Origin: a virus
DNA length: 64,000 nucleotides
IMG/VR virus record: IMGVR_UViG_3300045921_000803
Location: 2,893-66,892 of that record
Strand: one strand, 5' to 3'
Positions 58,820 through 64,000 of this stretch are shown here, in pieces; position 1 is the first letter of the stretch; the number at the start of each line of letters is the position of its first letter. Both the position numbers and the translations under genes were made by a program. The notes under the pieces are model-generated. The model did not search any database and was not told where the DNA came from. It was given only the letters and a program-made list of their open reading frames with translations.

Positions 58820-59416
58820 ATGTTATCAGAAAAAGTTGCGTTCTATTTCCAGAAGCAAATCCTAGAAAAACTTCCTGAAGATATCAGGGAAAAGGTTGCT
58901 GTGGCAGGCGGAGCGGTTAGGGACAAACTGCTTGATGTTGACATCAAAGATTATGACCTGTTTGTTCAGGATAAAGAAACCGAAGACAAGCTAATAGAGT
59001 TCTATAAGGCTAACGGCAAGGAAGGGAACGTCAATTCTCAACTTGCTAATTACACTTATGAGGGTAAATGGATTCAGATCATTCGTGGTAAATATTACAA
59101 TATGGAAACTACCGAGTTGATCGACTCTTTCGACTTCACAATCACCATGGCCATGGTTACCATGAAACACGGTTTAAGAGTTGGCGAGTTTTTTTATCAA
59201 GGAATTGCCACTAAACATCTTCGCATTAACAGGTTAGACTTCCCTCTTTCATCTTTAGAGCGCATGCAAAAATACATCAAAAAAGGTTACACTGCTTGTA
59301 ACGGCACCTTGTTGACTTTAACCAGAGAGCTGCAAAAAGTTAATCTTGACAATCCACAGGAAAATAGTTTAACATTTTATTCAGATGGAACACCTAGATT
59401 TTTGGGAGTAGATTAA
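58820..59416 (+). CDS. nucleotidyltransferase, CCA-adding enzyme/poly(A) polymerase head-domain-like
   Basis: VAGGAVRD...KDYDLF catalytic motif; FDFTI motif. Confidence 0.8.
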   Translation: MLSEKVAFYFQKQILEKLPEDIREKVAVAGGAVRDKLLDVDIKDYDLFVQDKETEDKLIEFYKANGKEGNVNSQLANYTYEGKWIQIIRGKYYNMETTELIDSFDFTITMAMVTMKHGLRVGEFFYQGIATKHLRINRLDFPLSSLERMQKYIKKGYTACNGTLLTLTRELQKVNLDNPQENSLTFYSDGTPRFLGVD

Positions 59417-59417
59417 T

Positions 59418-59774
59418 ATGACCAAACAAGATTTGCAATTAATTAAAGATTACGCTAACAGCCCTAGCCCGTCGCCTAGGTTACAGGCTGCGCTAAGGAA
59501 GGCTATAGACAAACTTGAAGAGCTAATGAAGGATACTTTTACGCTCAAAGTAGTAGTTAATCGTAGGGGTAAACTTTTAGTTATCGAAGAGTTCCCTCAC
59601 GACGAAATCCATGCAGGCCTGCACGAACTGATTCCAGAGCTTGAGGATGGCGAGTATGATGTAGAACCAGGTACTTATTACGCCAAATGCATACTCGAGA
59701 CCATTGATGTTTCTTCTGGTTTTGATCCTGATTGCTATGACCAGCTAACAATTGTAGAATTTACAAAAGTTTAG
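59418..59774 (+). CDS. hypothetical protein
   Basis: ORF in operon. Confidence 0.6.
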   Translation: MTKQDLQLIKDYANSPSPSPRLQAALRKAIDKLEELMKDTFTLKVVVNRRGKLLVIEEFPHDEIHAGLHELIPELEDGEYDVEPGTYYAKCILETIDVSSGFDPDCYDQLTIVEFTKV

Positions 59775-59826
59775 AGTTTGATATTTTGAAGTCATTAAAC
59801 TTGGTCCGAAAGATATTCAAAGCAAT

Positions 59827-59982
59827 ATGTCCGAGGAAGATAACCTTAAAGCCTTTGCTTTAAAAAAGTGGAATGATTTGCTATCTGAAGAAGACCTTAA
59901 AGACGAGCTTAAACATCTTGCCGAATACGCCGATATTGAATTGGTAGAGTGCGAGATTTTGCCCAAAAAAGAGGACAAATAA
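59827..59982 (+). CDS. small acidic hypothetical protein or fragment
   Basis: 51-aa ORF with weak RBS. Confidence 0.35.
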   Translation: MSEEDNLKAFALKKWNDLLSEEDLKDELKHLAEYADIELVECEILPKKEDK

Positions 59983-60125
59983 TGCAGGCTGAAAAAGTTA
60001 CATTCTACTTCCAGAAGCAAATCCTAGAAAAACTTCCTGAAGATATCAGGGAAAAGGTTGCTGTGGCAGATGTCCCGTGCCATCCTTTGGGAGACGGTAG
60101 AGATGTGGCACTAGGAGGGGTATGA
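59982..60125 (+). pseudogene. chimeric remnant: NTase 5' end fused to the 3' end of a 57292..57438 homolog
   Basis: 60009..60069 identical to 58847..58907; 60070..60119 45/50 identical to 57394..57443. Confidence 0.8.
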
Positions 60126-60433
60126 AATATTTGATTTTAAAAGTACTGCTTATTGCTGGCCTACTTCTCAGCTTATATGTTAGCTTTATGGTTTACGAAA
60201 ACAGAAATAAGTTTTTGGTGGGCGACTGTGTTGAGGTGGTTTATGAAACCGAATTCTATCGAAACGTTTATTATCACATGATCACAAGGGTTGGCAAAAA
60301 GGCTTATCTAACAAGCATAAAAAAGGCTGGTTCCAACCGTTTTTTTAAAACGGATAATTTTGAATGGAAGTTTGAGCTTAATAGGTATAATAAGGCTGAC
60401 GGCAGTAACTGTGAGACGGCCCCTAGTCCATGA
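60122..60433 (+). CDS. membrane-anchored hypothetical protein
   Basis: N-terminal TM; AGGAGG RBS. Confidence 0.6.
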   Translation: MKYLILKVLLIAGLLLSLYVSFMVYENRNKFLVGDCVEVVYETEFYRNVYYHMITRVGKKAYLTSIKKAGSNRFFKTDNFEWKFELNRYNKADGSNCETAPSP

Positions 60434-60795
60434 CAACACCTATAGTCCTGGGGCTACTATACTCAACCCACCTCGCAACACCGGAGCTGGATCGTTTCCA
60501 TCCTGTGGTTGAGTATGGAAACGTGATGTACTACAGGAATAGCTTTGGAAGGGATTCTCTGGCACTGTATAAAAAATACAGTGCAGAAAATCTAAGTTTA
60601 AGGCTTGGGATTACTACAGGATATGAAAGGGAGATAAGACTGGGAAAGGATGTCTACATCACCCCAGGCACCATCGATAAAAACCTTACGTTATTGGTGG
60701 TTCCCAGCTATGATCTGAATATCAAAGACAATGTAGGGATGACCTTCTCGCTGATGGGGAGTGCTCTGGTTACCGGACTCACGGTATCGTTTTAG
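60430..60795 (+). CDS. small outer-membrane beta-barrel candidate (PagP-like pattern)
   Basis: STH...YRNSFGRDS...LGITTGY; alternating beta-strands; terminal Phe. Confidence 0.5.
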   Translation: MTTPIVLGLLYSTHLATPELDRFHPVVEYGNVMYYRNSFGRDSLALYKKYSAENLSLRLGITTGYEREIRLGKDVYITPGTIDKNLTLLVVPSYDLNIKDNVGMTFSLMGSALVTGLTVSF

Positions 60796-60803
60796 AAGGT
60801 ATC

Positions 60804-60858
60804 AAAAAAAACGCACAAATGCCTCGACCCATGCGAAAGCTTTTTTCGGGGCCAAGGC
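60804..60858 (-). terminator. intrinsic terminator-like stem
   Basis: GCCTTGGCCC...GGGTCGAGGC stem, then ATTTGTGCG and T8. Confidence 0.55.
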
Positions 60859-61035
60859 TTCTAGCCGTGGAAAATAAACGCGGCATATCAGATATGGTGA
60901 GCTATTAACATGAAAGCAGCGGGTTAGCCCTGGTTGACCTGCAACCACCCGAAGCTTCCACCCTCATTCGTAGCCATGCTACCAGAAGGCGCCGCGAACC
61001 CTGGCATCGTTACGAGGCTTGTTCAGAACGGCTTA
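60804..61035 (-). ncRNA. candidate structured ncRNA behind an AATCTT motif, ending in a terminator
   Basis: no ORF; nested stems AGCCGT/ACGGCT, CGCGGCG/TGCCGCG, TGGAAGC/GCTTTCA; hairpins; GC stem plus U8. Confidence 0.55.
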
Positions 61036-61036
61036 G

Positions 61037-61049
61037 AATAAAGATTGGG
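61037..61049 (-). promoter_or_regulatory. AATCTT motif, candidate late promoter
   Basis: cccAATCTTtatt directly upstream of the structured non-coding region. Confidence 0.5.
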
Positions 61050-61118
61050 TCTACATGGGCTAGGTGCCAGGACAGAGGCTTACGATCGATCCTGGGGCTT
61101 TTAAAATGGTGGTGGCTT

Positions 61119-61190
61119 CTACAGGTCTTCGCCTGGGTCTTCAACCCTTGTATCGTCTTCGTAGGTGCGAACTACAGGCTTGTCAGGTGG
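61119..61190 (-). pseudogene. displaced alternative C-terminus of 61483..61977
   Basis: translates PPDKPVVRTYEDDTRVEDPGEDL* versus gene end PPKEVVRTFVDDTPDDESGDW*. Confidence 0.7.
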
Positions 61191-61409
61191 TGAGAGGCCA
61201 GGCGCTACTCTGGCTATGTGCTTACTGAGGTTCAACTTAAGCACAGCTAGAACAATCTAGCTTGATAAGCGATTACCCTCTTATTCAGCACCGAGTATTG
61301 TCTTCTCTCTGCGTGTCTCCAGTGGCTTATCGTAAGGTTTGCCCGAAGAATTTATGCCTTACGCTCAAAAGTGCTGTAACACTCCCACAGCTTTCCACGC
61401 CGCTCTCAC
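61188..61409 (-). ncRNA. expanded tRNA-like RNA (~220 nt)
   Basis: acceptor stem GTGAGAG/CTCTCAC with terminal CCA; CG linker; D-stem GCGT/ACGC; T-like stem GCCAG/CTGGC; extra hairpins inserted. Confidence 0.7.
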
Positions 61410-61482
61410 ATATAAACTCTATCACATTATTATTTATAAACGAATAGGTAAAATTTACATGGTATAACTTGTAAGACGTATC

Positions 61483-61977
61483 TTACCAATCACCTGACTC
61501 ATCATCAGGTGTGTCATCTACGAATGTTCGAACCACTTCTTTAGGTGGTGGGTTATTTGTAGGAGCTTGTCCCTTATCTGCGGAGCTAGTGTTGGGAGCT
61601 AGTTTTGGGGTATCCTGAACAGCAAAGCCCTTAGCCTTATCCCTCTCAGCCTTAGCTAGGCGTTTATTCTCTTCCTCTTCCTCAAGCATCTCTATGAACT
61701 CCTGGATGGATTCCTCCTCCTTCTCGTCATAGTCTGGATCTACAGCCTTAAGCATATCCGTTAGCAGGATGTCCTCACCTTCATCAGACTCTGCAATTTT
61801 TTCATACCCTTCCTCGAAGTAGGCTAGAAAAACCTGATCCATGGGCATGTCGTAAACCTCTCTCAGAGGTGTGTGAAAGGTTTTGGAAAACCACCTGCAG
61901 ACATATCGGTAGTAGTATTCGTAGCTGGGATCGGACACGTTAGCAAGGGCTATCTCCTTGAGGATCTTCAGGTCCAT
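61483..61977 (-). CDS. putative tail assembly chaperone (T-like)
   Basis: RWFSKTFHTPLREVYDMP...YFE pattern plus acidic tail; paired with upstream ORF. Confidence 0.5.
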   Translation of the reverse strand: MDLKILKEIALANVSDPSYEYYYRYVCRWFSKTFHTPLREVYDMPMDQVFLAYFEEGYEKIAESDEGEDILLTDMLKAVDPDYDEKEEESIQEFIEMLEEEEENKRLAKAERDKAKGFAVQDTPKLAPNTSSADKGQAPTNNPPPKEVVRTFVDDTPDDESGDW

Positions 61978-61979
61978 CC

Positions 61980-62474
61980 CTAATCCTTCTTATCCTTGGA
62001 CCTGGAGGTTTCCGCTTCCTGAGCCTCTTTTTCCTGCTGCTCCCTCATCTCGATGGCTTTTGCAAGCTTCTCCACCGAAAGCTTGTGCTTTTCCTGAAGC
62101 ATCTTCCTATACTTGGTCTCAGCAACAACCGAAGCCTCAAAAACCTTCTCGATGATCTCCTTGTCCCTAACCTGGGAACCTGGAAACTTCGATATTCCGT
62201 CAAACCAGAAGGGAGGGCCAGATATAACCCTCTGTTTTAGCTGGGTTAGAGCGTAGGCAAGGTTTTCGATATGGGAGCTGATAAGCTCAGTATTCTTACC
62301 CAGAAGCTCGCGGTAGTCACGATCAGCCTCTATCTCCTGCATAGGCGTTATGCCTGTCCTAAGCTTGAAAACACCCTGGTAGGTGCCGTTGATGGGGGCT
62401 GTGGTGTTCATCTCCCAGGTGGCCACCCCTTGGGCATCTATAGAAATATCGTTCTCGTCTACAGTATCGATCAT
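61980..62474 (-). CDS. putative tail assembly chaperone (G-like)
   Basis: YQGVFKLR...LKQRVISGPPFW pattern; start moved to ATG after GGAGG. Confidence 0.5.
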   Translation of the reverse strand: MIDTVDENDISIDAQGVATWEMNTTAPINGTYQGVFKLRTGITPMQEIEADRDYRELLGKNTELISSHIENLAYALTQLKQRVISGPPFWFDGISKFPGSQVRDKEIIEKVFEASVVAETKYRKMLQEKHKLSVEKLAKAIEMREQQEKEAQEAETSRSKDKKD

Positions 62475-62524
62475 AAAATCCTCCGGACACACTTTCATAT
62501 ATCATATCATGAGTAACGAAGAGT

Positions 62525-62537
62525 GATAATCTTTAGA
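62525..62537 (+). promoter_or_regulatory. AATCTT motif, candidate late promoter
   Basis: gatAATCTTtaga 25 bp upstream of 62558. Confidence 0.55.
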
Positions 62538-62557
62538 TGGTGTAGAGAGGGAGTAGG

Positions 62558-62926
62558 ATGTCAAGTTCAGAAATACTAGGTGCGGTTGTAGGTGCTTTAG
62601 GATCTATAGGAGCCGTGGCTGTAACTTTTACAACACTTAAGAATTCATTCAAAAAAGAGCTGCAGAAAGAGATAGCAGATTCGATAGCATCAGCCAGGGA
62701 TATCGCCGATGCGGACATCAGAGCCTTCAATCTTAGGATCGATTCCTTATCAAAAGAGATAGCCAGTCTGGAAAATAAGATAGATAAGGATATCGACCAT
62801 GTAAAAAATATATATAATGGTGAGATAAGGTCCTTGGCCGATAAGATTGAGAATCTAAGAGAAGAGGTTAGACACCAGCACTCCCAGCTAGTATCCCTTC
62901 TCACCAAGCTTGTAACAGAAAAATAA
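62558..62926 (+). CDS. single-TM coiled-coil protein (lysis-related candidate)
   Basis: N-terminal TM followed by long heptad coiled coil. Confidence 0.6.
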   Translation: MSSSEILGAVVGALGSIGAVAVTFTTLKNSFKKELQKEIADSIASARDIADADIRAFNLRIDSLSKEIASLENKIDKDIDHVKNIYNGEIRSLADKIENLREEVRHQHSQLVSLLTKLVTEK

Positions 62927-63217
62927 CTATCTTGTAAGAACAAAACCCTGAGCTTCGGCCTCGGATTTGGCCAGGACATTGCCTCCACGCTCCCCAGGTT
63001 TGGAGGTGCGCTTGTAGGCTATCGTCTGAAACTCCACGTAGGTTCCCTTAGGCTCCTCGATCTTATAAACTATACCGGTAAGAGGGTCCTGATGATAGGT
63101 GTTGTAGTCAAGCTTCTGCATAACCAGATTAAGCTCCTCCTTCACCTTCTTCATCTCATCCTTAAGACGTTCGTATTCGGTAGCAAGCTCAAAAAAACGT
63201 TTCTGCAAATCATTCAT
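62927..63217 (-). CDS. hypothetical protein
   Basis: coiled-coil N-terminus; coupled. Confidence 0.65.
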   Translation of the reverse strand: MNDLQKRFFELATEYERLKDEMKKVKEELNLVMQKLDYNTYHQDPLTGIVYKIEEPKGTYVEFQTIAYKRTSKPGERGGNVLAKSEAEAQGFVLTR

Positions 63218-63449
63218 GGGTAAAGCCCTTTCTGTTTTCTACCAGATATTTTAGTGTCATGCATATCTCCTCAGAGATGAAGCCAGGGTCAAAATAAACA
63301 ACGATATCGGACAAGGAGCTGTCTTTTGATCTTAGGTGAAGTCGTTTTACCGCAGGCCTGCCGGTGGCCACCACGGACCAACCAGCATCGTGATTGTTTA
63401 TCAAGTCCCAAAACTTTTCTTTGTAGTTATCCACAACCATCTCCATCAC
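63210..63449 (-). CDS. hypothetical protein
   Basis: ORF in operon. Confidence 0.55.
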   Translation of the reverse strand: MMEMVVDNYKEKFWDLINNHDAGWSVVATGRPAVKRLHLRSKDSSLSDIVVYFDPGFISEEICMTLKYLVENRKGFTHE

Positions 63450-63487
63450 CTGATAAAGATATCGAAAAATCGAGAAGGAAGCAAGCC

Positions 63488-63769
63488 CTAGGCTGCTTCC
63501 TGTTTTTTCTTTGAAACTTTTACAGTCTTGAAGGTTGATCGCGTAACAACTTCCTTGGCAAGTACTGCAGCCTCACCAAAAGCTTCAAACAGGGCATCAA
63601 CGCCTTTTGAATAGTATCGCGTAGTTTCAGAAACAGCAATATCAAATTCTCGTGTTTGGAAGGAACCCTTATCCTTAAACTCAGTCTCGATCGAAGACTT
63701 TTCTTTCTCCAAGGAAGAGATGAGTGCTTTAATCTCTATCAATCTCTGTGCTTTTTCGTTTAATGTCAT
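63488..63769 (-). CDS. hypothetical protein
   Basis: GGAGG RBS; promoter upstream. Confidence 0.65.
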   Translation of the reverse strand: MTLNEKAQRLIEIKALISSLEKEKSSIETEFKDKGSFQTREFDIAVSETTRYYSKGVDALFEAFGEAAVLAKEVVTRSTFKTVKVSKKKQEAA

Positions 63770-63794
63770 ATTTCCTCCAATTTGTTATATATAC

Positions 63795-63822
63795 AGTATA
63801 CAGGAGGCATTTATTTTGTCAA
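63795..63822 (-). promoter_or_regulatory. sigma70-like promoter
   Basis: TTGACA-16-TATACT. Confidence 0.7.
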
Positions 63823-63844
63823 TTTTTCATGGTTATGAAGTATC

Positions 63845-64000
63845 TTATTGAGAATCCTCAGAAGTTTCGGGAACATGTGGCGTCTCAAAAGGAACAATCT
63901 CGCTATATTTATAAAATTTTATAAGCCTTTCCCTACATCTTAAAAGCTCCGGATCGTTAGGGAACAGGTAGGTGAGCATATATTCGCACACAGCTAGTAC
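63845..64000 (-). CDS. partial CDS (3' end) entering from the window edge
   Basis: frame open from 64000 to TAA at 63845. Confidence 0.45.
   Translation of the reverse strand, partial: VLAVCEYMLTYLFPNDPELLRCRERLIKFYKYSEIVPFETPHVPETSEDSQ

Noticed and set aside
61188-61409. Canonical tRNA or tmRNA
   Set aside because: No TTCRA T-loop and no assignable anticodon arm; has a D-stem and no evident tag-peptide ORF, unlike tmRNA; kept as tRNA-like only
61431-61438. T4 late promoter TATAAATA upstream of the tRNA-like RNA
   Set aside because: Isolated occurrence in AT-rich DNA and not seen before the structural operons; likely chance
61262-61447. 60-aa + strand ORF in the ORF track
   Set aside because: TTG start with no RBS; antisense to the structured tRNA-like element
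61960-62010. Programmed G/GT frameshift between the putative chaperones
   Set aside because: No XXXYYYZ slippery heptamer near the stop; the downstream ORF has its own ATG and purine-rich RBS
1-64000. Stop-codon recoding (alternative genetic code)
   Set aside because: Long genes are intact in code 11, and TAG, TGA and TAA all end tightly coupled genes

Overview
64 kb of a large, probably lytic myovirus-type (contractile-tail) phage genome in standard genetic code; no integrase or host housekeeping context is visible. About 1-34 kb (- strand) is a tail module: tape measure, hub, spike, gp25-like fusion, 2184-aa baseplate J-like protein, tube-like protein, and many fibre/tip genes, including three paralogous jelly-roll tip genes with near-identical framework DNA. 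About 34-60.8 kb (+ strand) is a dense accessory region of small ORFs driven by sigma70-like promoters: 2OG-Fe(II) oxygenase, DUF932, stand-alone Fis-type HTH, sigma factor, ClpP, MazG, peptide deformylase, DUF2786, CCA-adding-like nucleotidyltransferase, several beta-barrel/lipoprotein candidates, and many recombination scars. The most striking region is the ORF-free stretch at 60.8-61.4 kb, which holds two structured non-coding RNA candidates on the - strand. One is a ~220-nt expanded tRNA-like RNA that appears to have been inserted, ending exactly at its CCA, into the 3' end of a putative tail-chaperone gene whose displaced C-terminus is still readable. The other is a ~230-nt multi-stem RNA behind a conserved AATCTT motif that also precedes the structural operons. 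All product calls come from motif recognition by eye; no database searches were run.
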